Notes under the pieces: model-generated
Told to the model about the DNA's origin: nothing
Database searches by the model: none
The model's input: the letters and a program-made list of their open reading frames with translations, nothing else
Position numbers and translations under genes: made by a program
NCBI GenBank assembly: GCA_951406725.2
Contig: OX597815.1
Coordinates: forward strand, 198,586,001-198,650,000
Direction: 5' to 3'
From: Octopus vulgaris
Taxonomy: Eukaryota
DNA length: 64,000 nucleotides
In this document: one piece after another, positions 38,876 to 51,439 of the stretch
Layout: each line of letters opens with the position of its first letter
Position numbering within the stretch: the first letter of the stretch is position 1

Positions 38876-40229
38876 TATATGATATATGTGTGTGTCTGTC
38901 TGTGTTTGTGAGTATGTTTGTGTGCGCGAGTGTATGACTATGGAACTGAAGCACATTGTAAAACCTAACCCTTACTTTCCGCCATCAACTAACCTTCACC
39001 TCAATTGTGATATTATTATACATTCATCTATATATCACCTTTCTACTTCAGCACGGATTTAAGTACACTCCAGAACATCGAATAAACCTCCACGCATCCA
39101 CATACTCACATACTACTCTCTCTCTCTCTCTCCCCTCACTCACTCACAGGCTCACACATGAACACACACACTGTCTTTCTCTCTTTCATTTCCTCTCCCG
39201 CTCCCAAACATGCTTACGCACATTTTTATTCACTCTAACTCACACACAAGGAATATTTGCACGTAGCTGTCGTTGCAATCAATAAGCAATATTAAATCTC
39301 CAGCAAAGACACTTAATACTGAATGACCTGCCGGTAAATTCATTTAACAGGAAGTTACTGTTCCCTGCTGCTTGGCAGTGATTGCAGTGTATGATTGAGT
39401 GCAGCGTTTAATTACTCTACAGCGTTAATCTCACATCTCCCAATTAGCAAAATTGTTAGTCCTATTCCCGAGCATAATCTACTCACTCACAGCCTGCTTA
39501 ACCACTGATATCTAGGAGAGAACCCATTCCAGACAACCACGAGAGAACAGCAACGTTTGTCAATAGAAACTGTGAACAAAAAACAAAACGTAAAAGGAAA
39601 TTGCATATATAATCATGTAACATTAGTTGTAATTTAAAAGCTAAAAGTAGTAAACGATATTTTCTGCTTGTTGCTTGCATATTTTGGTGTAACGGCATGT
39701 GTAGTAGGTGGAGGTAAAAACAGCATGTATTTATGCATCAGAATAAAAAGAGAAACGGAGTAAAAGAGACAAGAGCGAGATAGAAAGTGCGTGACTACAT
39801 TAGGTCGATTAATCTGCCAGATATAGCCATCATATAACTGCAACTACCTTAATAATAAAAAAGGATAGACAGAATATATTTGTTGTTTTGCAGAAAGTAT
39901 CCCACACTATCTATGGACTTATAGTTCAGATTTGAAGAGTTTTCATGTCATACTCGTTCAATGAAGATCGACTGGTAGGGTGAAGGTTAAAGCGTGCAGT
40001 AACAATATCAGCCAAAAATACTATACAGAAACGATGAATATTTCTGAAAATTTGCTCAACGTTCAGAAAGTAGAAACTTGGAGAAGTTCAGAAAATAAAG
40101 TAATGCAGAAAATATCGGAGGAAGAGAAAATATGAGAATAATTCTTAGAGAGAGTGAGGCAGCACCACAGAATATATGAATTTCTTTTTTCCGTTTTTCT
40201 ATCCATTTAGTAGTGAGCGCAATATTCTA

Positions 40230-41523
40230 TCAGGTCATCCTATAAGTTCTGTCCGAATTTTGAATAAAGAAAACAAATGATCAAATATATTTAATTGAAA
40301 TTCAATCATCAATGTACTTTCCCTGATTATCTATGACTTCCTTCTATCTATTTACAAGCTTTTTAATCCCATCAATGTAAAACTCTTTTGGTTTCAAAGT
40401 GAAGAACTCTAAAATGTCAGTTTCGACCTCCTCCTGGCTTTCGAAAGTATGTCCCCCCAAATGATTCTGTAAATTACGTAACAAATGGTAGTCTGAATGA
40501 GCAAGGTCGTGAGAATATTGTGGATCAGGAATTTTTTCCCAACCAGACTCTTCGATCTTCTGTGATGTAATCTTTGCAGTGTGGGGTCGCGCATTCTCCT
40601 GATGAAACATCACTCCTTTCCGATTCACTAAAGCGTGTTTTGTTTCTTCAAAGCTTGGCTCAAACTCTCTAATTGCTGACAGTAGACTTGAGCATTGATT
40701 GTTGGATTTGGTTGTAACAATTCAAAGTGAATTACGCCTTTGTAATCCCACCAGATAGAAAGAAGAACCTTTTTTCCATGAAGTTCCCTTCACGGTTGTG
40801 TTTTAGTTTTTTCCCTTTTACCAAGCCACTGTTTACGGCGTTTAACATTTCGATAGAAGGTTCATTTTTCGTCACCAGTCACAAGTCTCTATCCAAAAGG
40901 GGTGAAATGAGTTCACGAGAATGGAGAGAAGAGCAGATGTCAACTCGAGATTTGTGGTTGCTTTCAGGACAATTCATGAGGCACCCATTTTCCAAGTTTA
41001 GGAATCTTTCCAAGTTGTTGAAAATGACGATTGACAGTTGTATGGTTTGAACTAAGCTTTATTGTCAATTCTTCCACTGATAATGCAGGATTTTCTTCAA
41101 GTAATGTCTTAAGGAGCTTATCATCAAACTCAACTGGACGTCCTATTCGATCTTCATCTTCAAGGCTGAAATCCCCACTTCTGAATTTTGCAAACCATCT
41201 TCTGCAAGTTCTTTCACTCAAGCATTTTATCCATAAACTGAGTGTATGTTTCGAGTCGCTTCGGCTGCAGAGTTTCTTGCTTTGTACTCATAAGGCATTA
41301 TGTGCCTCAAATGCTCTTTGGACACTTCCATGTTTGGACACTTCCAAGGGTTTTAATCGAAGAATTTTTAATTCTATTATTCTGTAAAATAACATTTAAT
41401 CAGTTTAAATGTACACAAGTGCATAAAAATAATTTTTAATTCCATCAGACATTCTAAAATACTATTAAATTTCATTCAATTTTAAACAAGTTAAAATCGG
41501 ACAGAAATTTTAGGATGACCCAA
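40230..41523 (-). mobile_element. Full-length mariner DNA transposon (1294 bp), defective
   Basis: ~30-bp TIRs (TCAGGTCATCCTATAAGTTCTGTCCGA / TCGGACAGAAATTTTAGGATGACCCAA) flanked by TA at 40228-40229 and 41524-41525. Confidence 0.95.
40302..41331 (-). pseudogene. Mariner transposase pseudogene
   Basis: MEVSKEHLRH start; RRWFAKFRSGDFSLEDEDRIGRP; WVPHEL; FHQENARPH; YSHDLAHSDYHL; multiple frameshifts and stops. Confidence 0.95.
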
Positions 41524-42504
41524 TACAAAACGTAGTCAGACGCCAGGGCATACTATTGCTGGTTTCTATATGCTCAGTATATATAAACCTAACTGTCCAC
41601 ATTTTCTTGCTGGTCTTAGACAGGTCTATCACTCGAGGATGAGATATGGCCAGGCTATGAGCACTTTGGAAGAATTTGAACCGAAAATGCAGTCATATTA
41701 AAGAGATACAACAAAGCAGCTTTGCAAGTATTTGTAGTTAGTAACAAACACGTAAGAATGAATACAAAAATCAATGCAAATAGAAAGAGGATCTTTTTAA
41801 CTTAGGAGAATTGAAAGCAAAATTTCACTTTATGAATAACTATTAGGAACAAAGACTCATATGTAGTATAAGTGAAAACAATTTACGGTGTGAAACATGC
41901 TTGTTTCTTATTTCTACGGTGGATATTTAGAGTTGAGTGCAAAAAGTCATAGAAGCAACTGTTGAAGTGTTTCAACTTCAAACTTACATTAGTGCTTCAC
42001 GCAGAAATCGTGTTCTTGTATTATCACCTTTGCAATTCTGTTTCTTCTGTCAACAAGGTTGTCATGATTTATTTCAACGTTAAGTTATCATAGCTCTTCC
42101 CTTTAGATTTAAAGTGAAAACAGAAAATATTGTTAAATTTTATATCTTTACTTGCAAGGTGAATTTCGATGAACTTCACATATTACTAAAAGTTAATATA
42201 TTCATCAGAGGTGTAAAATAAAAAATAAAAATTTCCTTTTAAAGCAGAGATAATAGAAATTGCTTTTTCTTCTTCATAAATGTTTGACTTCCCAAATATC
42301 TGGAAAGGTGTTATTTACGCGAAGCACAGTTTAACAGTTAAATAAAATATGTATGTTCACACACAAAGAACAAAATTTGTAGGTGTTTGAATCTGTAATC
42401 CTTATAGTCAGTAGATTGGAATGGGAGTAAATACCATTCATTCTACAAGTGAACGTCTAAGGAAGCGAAGCTACAGCTGCTGAAATATATAATCTTTTGT
42501 GCAT

Positions 42505-42510
42505 GCATAC

Positions 42511-42549
<39 letters not shown>

Positions 42550-42552
42550 TAT

Positions 42553-42626
<74 letters not shown>

Positions 42627-42682
42627 GGATGTATATGTATATATAAGTGTATATATATGTATATATATATGTATATGTATAC

Positions 42683-42730
<48 letters not shown>

Positions 42731-42751
42731 GTATATATATACATGTATATG

Positions 42752-42788
<37 letters not shown>

Positions 42789-42875
42789 GTATATGTATAT
42801 ATATGTATTTGTATATATATATGTATATGTATATATGTATATGTATATATATGTATATGTATATATATATACATG

Positions 42876-42944
<69 letters not shown>

Positions 42945-42945
42945 G

Positions 42946-42995
<50 letters not shown>

Positions 42996-43201
42996 GTGTC
43001 TGTATGTATATATGTATATATAGGTATGAATATATATATATATATGTGTGTATGTGTGTGTAGGTATGTATGTATGTATATGTATTTAAATTTGTATGCA
43101 TGTGTAGGTTAGTTAGATACCCACATTCATATAATATATTATAATGTTTGTCGCTTGGATATAATGCATACATGTTCACAATGAGTTTTATGAACGCCAG
43201 C

Positions 43202-43265
<64 letters not shown>
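42505..43265. repeat. (TA)n/(TATATG)n microsatellites
   Basis: Direct inspection. Confidence 0.95.
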
Positions 43266-43267
<2 letters not shown>

Positions 43268-43731
43268 TATGCAGATATACACCAAAATAAAAGATCAGGA
43301 ATTTTTCAATGATATACAACTATTGCCTTTCAGATTTCTAAGAAGCGAAATGTAATAAAAATGAACATTTTTTTTTTTTATATTTCTCCTTTTTTTTGGC
43401 TTCTCATTTAATTTTTTTCTTTGCAACTGTTCCTGTAGATATGCCGGTTGTTATTGTTGATTTTTATGTTATCGTATATGTTTTTGTAGTTTGATGCTGT
43501 TGTTGTTGTTATTGCCGTTCTGGTTGAAACAGCCAAATATATTTGTCAAATAATACGAGCTCTATCTGGAATATTGGTAAATAGTTATAACATGTTCTTT
43601 GAATAAATTGATGTGTATTTCTTTTACTTGTCTTTATTGTCTTTAGTTTTTACTTTATGTTTAGACGATGAATGTATCATTGCTTGTCCTCTATATTTCA
43701 TGCTCTGTCCATATACATAGATATATAAGTT

Positions 43732-43734
<3 letters not shown>

Positions 43735-43787
<53 letters not shown>

Positions 43788-43844
43788 GATAGATAGATAG
43801 TAGAGAGTTGATGGATAGGTAGGTGGGTAGGTAGGTAGACAGAC

Positions 43845-43908
<64 letters not shown>

Positions 43909-43962
43909 GGAGAGACGGATAGATAGATTGATAGAGAAACGGATAGATAGATTGATAGATAG

Positions 43963-44004
<42 letters not shown>

Positions 44005-44028
44005 TATAGATCGATAGATAGACAGACA

Positions 44029-44114
<86 letters not shown>

Positions 44115-44125
44115 CAGACGGATAT

Positions 44126-44167
<42 letters not shown>

Positions 44168-44205
44168 CGATAGATAGACAGACAGACGGATATATATATA
44201 TATAT

Positions 44206-44261
<56 letters not shown>

Positions 44262-44299
44262 ATAGATAGACAGAGATATAGATAGACATATAGACAGAC

Positions 44300-44344
<45 letters not shown>

Positions 44345-44345
44345 T
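43735..44345. repeat. (GATA)n compound satellite with repeated GACAGACGGATATA interruptions
   Basis: Direct inspection. Confidence 0.95.
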
Positions 44346-44884
44346 GTCTGAACAGAAATATATATAAATATACGTATGTGCACACTTACATATATACATA
44401 TATATAATTTTACATATATGTGTATTTATAAAGCTACGTGATATGTATTAAAACTTTTCAAATATATAGATGTTATTTATATATTTCTATATGGAAATCT
44501 GTCGATTTTCATTTATTTACCGTTCATAAAATTTACAAGCAAGTAATACAATTATGCGGAAGCGGTCGTGAAAACGACAACAAAGGCGATGTATGATTTA
44601 GGCGGGAAATAACATGCATAACTACATAAATATAATCGGAGATATCTAGACGTTTATCTATTGAATATCTACAAGCAGCAGCATATGTATATGTATGAGT
44701 GTGTGTGTGTGTGGGGGGGTTATCATTATGACCCTACTAGCAGCAACCTGTTTTACCATGCAAACATCGTAGTCTTCAGAGGAAAGAGTATTTGTTTAAT
44801 AATGCCGTATGAGGCTTATAAGAACAGGAATCCCTATATTACAAAAAAGTCACCTTGAAATCAATGATAAAAAGAAGTTAAAAC

Positions 44885-45342
44885 GGACCTTTTCGGTTTG
44901 AACGGCAGTTTTTTGTAGCGGTGTCATATGAAATTGTCACCCATAATTATGACCCTAGTATCGATCTATTGCATTTCAATCTATTTTATGGTTAGGGTTA
45001 GAGTTAGGGTTAGTTAGGGTTTGTTAGGGTTAGAGTTAGGGGTGGGGGAAGTGTATCTTTTTTTTTCTTCAGAAATGTCAATAAACCGAATCTATTTCTT
45101 AAACGAGGGACATATTCATACGGCACAGAACGTTTTCACCTCAATAGACGGTCATTGATTTGTTTGAAATTGCAGAAATTGAAGAAAAAAAACAACAAAT
45201 ATCTTACAAACTATAGAATTTTCTCAATAAAGCCAAAAGAAAAAGATGTTTTATAAACACATTCTACCAGTATACGAAGTTTAAAAGTGTTTAGTTACGT
45301 GGAAATTATTTTTAAAAAGTGCCGTTCAAACCGAAAAGATCC
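44885..45342. mobile_element. MITE with 8-bp TSD and internal TTAGGG-like repeats (Merlin-like ends)
   Basis: TIRs GGACCTTTTCGGTTTGAACGGCA / TGCCGTTCAAACCGAAAAGATCC; perfect TSD GTTAAAAC at 44877-44884 and 45343-45350. Confidence 0.9.
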
Positions 45343-46209
45343 GTTAAAACACCTGTTACAGGGCGAATCGTGGTCAATCCTAATATATTTGGAGCATATC
45401 ATTTGAAACGATCAATCTCTCATTTTTACGTTACCAGTTATTTCTTATTATAAAATCTCGTTTATTTAAATCTCTAAAGAGAAAAGAATATTGTGTACTA
45501 TAAATCATCTCCGGTTAGGTCAAATTTATATATAATTTACGATACATTATTGACAATATCATTTCTGATTTTTATATAACTTATGTTATATGTGAATAAA
45601 CATGATAAATACCTTGATCCAAATAACATCAGGCCGTTGAGAATAGAACACTGAGATACTAGGAAGGTGCACCATTTTGCTACTTATTCTGTAAAATTAT
45701 TTTCAGAATATAGCTGCTTACCTTATCTGAAATCCTGTATATTTTATAGTAATAACATTTTTTTAGCATCAGAATAATTTCCAACGCGTGGTTATAAACC
45801 CGCGAGATATGATTCAACAACGAGAGCAGAAAATCTGAATTTTTATAAGAACGGGCGATATCTTTAGTGCATAAATTCGCAAAAATTTAAATATAAAAGT
45901 GTTTAACATACTGCATATGAGTGTATACTCTAACTCCTATGTTCCTTACCCATATGGATCACTATTCACAAATATTTTTACATAAAAATTTCTATTTGTA
46001 TCTCAGGAGATGCTAATGTAATTTTCTAAGATTACAAATGTAATTCTCTGAACAAGAAGGATTCAATGTATTTGCTTCAATGTATTCAATGTTATTTGCT
46101 TATGAATGTAGTCCTTCTGCGGTGATTCTACGCATTTAATCTATACTCTGATATCACGATTTACCGAACACTGAAACATATGTAGCTGACTAAATAAATT
46201 ATTACCATG

Positions 46210-46303
46210 TTCATATATATATATGTAGATATTTATATATGTATATATATATATACACACACATGCACATATATATACATATATATACACATATATATTA
46301 CAT

Positions 46304-46350
<47 letters not shown>

Positions 46351-46525
46351 ATATATATATAACATATGCATATATATATACATATACACATATATACATA
46401 TATAAATAATATATATATATATATATACATATACACATATATACATATATAAATAATATATATGCATATATACATATCTATATGTACATAGTTACGTTTA
46501 TACGTATATACATGTGCATATGTAT
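46210..46525. repeat. (TA)n/(CATA)n microsatellite
   Basis: Direct inspection. Confidence 0.9.
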
Positions 46526-46967
46526 GCACAGGACATCATAAAACGTAAACAACATAAAATACAAAACACGAATACATGGAATATGAACTCTTTCTGTGAA
46601 CAACGAAAGAAACAAATGGAAAACGAGACAAAAAACATAAAGAACGACTCTTCATCAGTTGCCGGCTGTTTATCTAATCCGTATTTCGAGCACTTCACAA
46701 GATATGCCTTCGATAAAGCAGTTGTTTCCGCAAGGCAAATTAAATAAAATTTTGGATGGATTTTGCGGAGGGTCAAAATAGGTAACAAAAGCAGGACAGT
46801 AAAAACAAATAGGAAGGGCTGCTAAGCGTAAACGATATGTGGTAGCGAACGTGGAGAAACAACCGTAGGAAGAAGACAGGGAAGAATACGACTGGTTTGT
46901 CCAGCTACAACAGAAAGAAACACAAGTTAGAATAAAGAGGGCCGATGTCTTGTCTGTCCTCTGCCTA

Positions 46968-47008
<41 letters not shown>

Positions 47009-47341
47009 CTAAAAAAAAAACTAAGTGGTCAGCCGTATGCTAGAAGTAGATCACCAACGATCAAACTACAAAGAAAAGAAAATCCTCTAGAGTAAAATTC
47101 AGTGGACACCAGAACAAAATGTGGGCAAGACAGATGAAAATTATTATAAAAAACAAGAATTATTCGCAGACCGGCGGTTTCGCCTATTAACGAATGAATC
47201 ACTTACGTAATCCCACGTCCAGCCGTTTAAATATACACATATATTAGAATTTTCTGTGATTTTTCAGATTTTTGTATGCTAGGCTACTGGTTTTAAATTG
47301 ATATTAATTAAATTAATATTCAATTTATCTCCCTCATTATT

Positions 47342-47385
<44 letters not shown>

Positions 47386-47398
47386 TATATATATATAC

Positions 47399-47429
<31 letters not shown>

Positions 47430-47433
47430 CATA

Positions 47434-47662
47434 CACGATGGGGTTGCTACAAAATTCCTCGCATTAAGATTATCGCGAAAAGTCTGGTTGAATGCCCAAC
47501 CTTCCGAGTTCTTTTAGGAAGGCTTAGGAAGGGTTTAGGAAGGCTGAAGAATCGCTGAAATAAGCATATGAATCTTAGAGTGGAATATGTTGAATAATAT
47601 CATAATTAACTAATCCTGTATATTCTTTTACCCATAACGAGGAACTTTTCAGCACCTCGTTG
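47434..47662 (+). mobile_element. Internally deleted mariner (MITE-like relic)
   Basis: Imperfect TIRs ACGATGGGGTTGCTACAAAATTCCTCG / CGAGGAACTTTTCAGCACCTCGT with TA flanks; interior encodes WLNAQPSEFF...NLRVEYVE*, a transposase C-terminus. Confidence 0.7.
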
Positions 47663-47874
47663 TATATACAAGTAAAAATATTACAATTTTCGTCCCTAAA
47701 AAAATTATTCTAATAAAATTCTCGCAAAAAATTATAAGTATTTTCAGAGTATAGTACAAGAAACATCGAGCAAAATTCTACAGAGAACCCATAATGTGGT
47801 CTCCCTAATAATGAATATATATCGACGGACAGGATTCTATAGACATTCGTGCATACAAATATATATATATATAT

Positions 47875-48071
47875 CTTTTACTCTTTACTCTTTTATTTGT
47901 TTCAGTCATTTGACTGCGGCCATGCTGGAGCACCGCCTTAAATCGAGCAACTCGACCCCGGGACTTATTCTTTGTAAGCCCAGTACTTATTCTATCGGTC
48001 TCTTTTTGCCGAACCGCTAAGTGACGGGGACGTAAACACACCAGCATCGGTTGTCAAATAGTACTAGGGGG

Positions 48072-48102
<31 letters not shown>

Positions 48103-48270
48103 CATATATACGACATGCTTCTTTCAGTTTCTGTCAACCAAATCCACTCACAAGGCGTTGGTCGGCCCGGGGCTATAGCAGAAGACATCTGCCCAAGATG
48201 CCACGCAGTGGGACTGAACCCAGAACTATGTGGTTGGTTAGCAAGCTACTTACCACATAGTCACTCCTGC

Positions 48271-48273
<3 letters not shown>
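47875..48273 (-). mobile_element. SINE family B, full length
   Basis: Reverse complement of head, body and tail. Confidence 0.9.
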
Positions 48274-48334
<61 letters not shown>

Positions 48335-48337
<3 letters not shown>

Positions 48338-48530
48338 GAGAATTCACAAAACAAAAGCAAAAGACAAAGGCACGTGGTGTAAACAACAGACAGATGTATT
48401 AGTATAACGCTCGTGAAGTGAAAATGTCTTTAACGTTTCGAACCTACGCTCTTCCACATAAAGGAACACAGAAAGGGACAAGGAGAGAAGATAAAGAATG
48501 TGTAGTGGCTACCGATCTATAATGGCGAAA
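48335..48530 (-). mobile_element. Short element next to (TA)n with a degenerate minimal hammerhead-like motif (48428-48463)
   Basis: Minus strand CTTT-ATGTGGA-A-GAGC GTAG GTTC-GAAA-CG-TT-AAAG; terminus GGGAGAATTCACAAAA also present inverted at ~36270-36316. Confidence 0.5.
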
Positions 48531-48754
48531 CATACACACACACCCAAGTATATACATACAATGTTGTATGCTTATACTTGTGTGTGTGTGTGTCTATACT
48601 AACACACAGTAACACAAGAGAAAATTAATACGTTAATGCATTTCCAAATATACTGACATCGCTATTCGATTTTTCACAAAGAAAAATTAAATGACGCAGT
48701 TTTCCGCAATGTAACAACAGCAAAAATAAAATAATAATAAGTAAAGACAGCGAT

Positions 48755-48828
48755 AATGATGATGACGACGACAACAACAACAAAACAACAACAGCAACAA
48801 CAACAACAACAACAACAATAATAATAAT

Positions 48829-48868
<40 letters not shown>

Positions 48869-48891
48869 TTGATGATGATGACGATGATGAC

Positions 48892-48946
<55 letters not shown>

Positions 48947-49145
48947 TCGGCGATGATAATGAAGATGATGATGATGATGATGAAAATGATTTTGATGAGA
49001 ATGATGATGATGATGATGATGATAATGACTACGATGATGATGCTGGATGTTATGGGAATGATGATGATGATGATGATGATGATGATAATAATAATAATAA
49101 TAATAATAATAATTATAATAATAATAATTATAATAATAATAATAT
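48755..49145. repeat. (CAA)n(AAT)n(GAT)n trinucleotide tract
   Basis: Direct inspection. Confidence 0.95.
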
Positions 49146-49461
49146 ATTGCTGACACTAATCGAATACAAAAATCAGTATTTACATGGGAAAATATGTAAG
49201 CACTACAAAATCGGTACCCTTGCTTACTGGCATGAACATCATCATGAGCCAATCGTTGAAGATAATACTGTCACTATTCTCTGAAATTTTGGTTTCAAGA
49301 ATATCTCAGCAGTTTCAACATTACAACTACCGCTAAAATATTTCCTTACAGCAGCTACTGAGTTTTGTCATAAAAACACTTCAGCTGTCATATCATTGCA
49401 AAATATCATGTAAGATCATGTACGATCAGTCTTAAACTGCTTCTTTATTAACACAACTTTT

Positions 49462-49935
49462 AAGACGGAGAGCTGGCAGACTCATTAACAAGCAGGGTGA
49501 ATTGCTTAGACGAGTTTCGTCTGCTGCTACATTCCGGAGTTCAAATTCCGCTGAGGTCGACTTCGCATTTCATCCTTTCGGGGTCGATTAAATAAGTACC
49601 AGTTACGCGCTGGGGTCGATATAATCGACTTAATCCGTTTGTCTGTCCTTGTTTGTCCTCTCTGTGTTTAGCCCTTGTGGGTAGTAAAGAAATAGATATT
49701 TCGTCTGCCGCTACGTTCTGAGTTCAAATTCCGCCTAGGTCGGCTTTGCCTTTCATCCTTTCGAGGACGATTAAATAAGTACCAGTTACGCACTGGGGTC
49801 GATATAATCGACTTAATCCGTTTGTCTGTCCTTGTCTGTGCCCTCATTGTAATAAATTAAGTACCAGTGAAACACTGGGGTCGATGTAATCGTTTAGTCT
49901 CCTCCCTCCAAATTTCCGACCTTGTGCTTATAGTA
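49462..49935 (+). mobile_element. SINE family A multimer
   Basis: GAGCTGGCAGA head; two bodies plus a partial third with the alternative tail. Confidence 0.85.
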
Positions 49936-49939
49936 ATGC

Positions 49940-50250
49940 TGAGACCCCTTCGGTCATGGCTGACCATGGGATTGCACCTCGAAAGTTACCCTCTCAGGCA
50001 CAAGTCCGGGCAAGGTTGTTTACGGAAGGCCAGCAGTCGCCCATGCATATCAGCCTGCCCTCACTCCGCCTCCAGGGTTATCCAAGGAAAGGGCTTGGCA
50101 CCTGTGACACCGCAACTCATTTCTACAGCTGAGTAAAGTGAAATAAAGTGCCTTGCTCAAGAACACAACATGCAGCCCGGTCCGGGATTCGTACTCACAA
50201 TCTTACGATCGTAAGCTCGACGCTTTAACCATTGAGCCATGCGATTTACA
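49940..50250 (-). mobile_element. CORE-type tRNA SINE related to family C, with a different 3' region
   Basis: Minus strand CGCATGGCTCAATGGTT (A box), GTACGAATCCC (B box), GTGTTCTTGAGCAAGGCACTT, CTCAGCTGTAGAAATGAG. Confidence 0.75.
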
Positions 50251-50547
50251 TGCCTGCAGTAGAAAGGATTATTAATACAACATAGCTGTGTGGTTGCAAC
50301 TACTAATTAAACGTATCATTACAACTATCACTGAGCGACTCTATTGCAAACAGCACTAAGTTGTGTCATTACAGCCACCAGTGAGATCTTATTGCAGTTA
50401 CACCCAGTATTATATTACAGTCATCGCTGATGCTATTATGAAGACCGCTGATGAGGCGTTTAATGCAACTTATGTTCTGTTTTATGAAATTCACCACGGA
50501 GCTGATTCTTAGCATTGACGGCCGAGCTGTGTCATTACAACATTTCC

Positions 50548-50784
50548 TAAAAAAATCTCAGTGGACAATGTCAATTCCTCTAAGCATTTTTAGTTAAAGC
50601 CTGTAGCAGTTGCAATGGTGCACCTAGTTAAAACACATATATATATTCTAATATACCCAACACTGAGTTGAGCTTCGTTATAAGATCCACAGACCTGTGT
50701 TTTACCCAGGTGCGCCATTGCAACTGCTGCAGGCTTTAACTAAAAATGCTCAGAGGAATTGACAATGTCCACTGAAATTTTTTA
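50548..50784. repeat. Fold-back with ~89-bp inverted arms and 58-bp spacer
   Basis: 50548-50637 is the near reverse complement of 50696-50784. Confidence 0.9.
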
Positions 50785-50923
50785 TTACTACTTCTGTACT
50801 TTCGCAATCCACTGAGCTACCACATCTAATTTTTATCATAAATTTTGAAACAGTCCCGCATGTTATGAAAATATTTCCCAATTTTTTTTTATATACACGT
50901 TCTCAGTAATTTCACTTATTCAT

Positions 50924-51270
50924 AGGCGCGGGAGTGGGTGTGCGTTAAGAAGCTTGCTTCCCAACCAAGTGGTTCCGGGTTCAGCCCCACTGCATGGCGC
51001 CTTGGTCAAATGTCTGCTAAAGACTTGTGAGTGGATTTGGTAGACGGAAACTGAAAGAAGCCTGTCGTATAGATGTATATATACATATATATGTGTGTGT
51101 CTGTCTGTCTGTGTTTGTCCCCCCACCTCCATCGCAACTTGACAACCAGTGTTAATGTACTTACGCCCCCGTAATTTACCGGATCAGCGTCAATTCATTC
51201 AACTAAAAGTTCAGAGTGGTGTTCCAGAATGGCCGCAGTATAATGACTGAAACAGGTAAAAGATAAAGAT
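50924..51270 (+). mobile_element. SINE family B with internal deletions
   Basis: AGGCGCGGGAGTGG head...GAAAGAAGCCTGTCGT...ATGGCCGCAGT...GACTGAAAC. Confidence 0.85.
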
Positions 51271-51439
51271 AAATTTATCTGTTTCTCATTTTTGTAATAA
51301 TCTTCGATTTTTCTAGAAAAAACACCTCGGACTTCATTGGGCTCAGTCCACACAAACGCACGGTTGTGTGTCTTTGTGTGTGTAAAGTATTCCGCTGTTA
51401 AGTAAAGAACTGGATCAGAATTCACCTTAAAATCCGGTA

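Noticed and set aside
44990-45048. True telomere or chromosome-fusion site
   Set aside because: Short, degenerate and enclosed within a TIR/TSD-bounded MITE.
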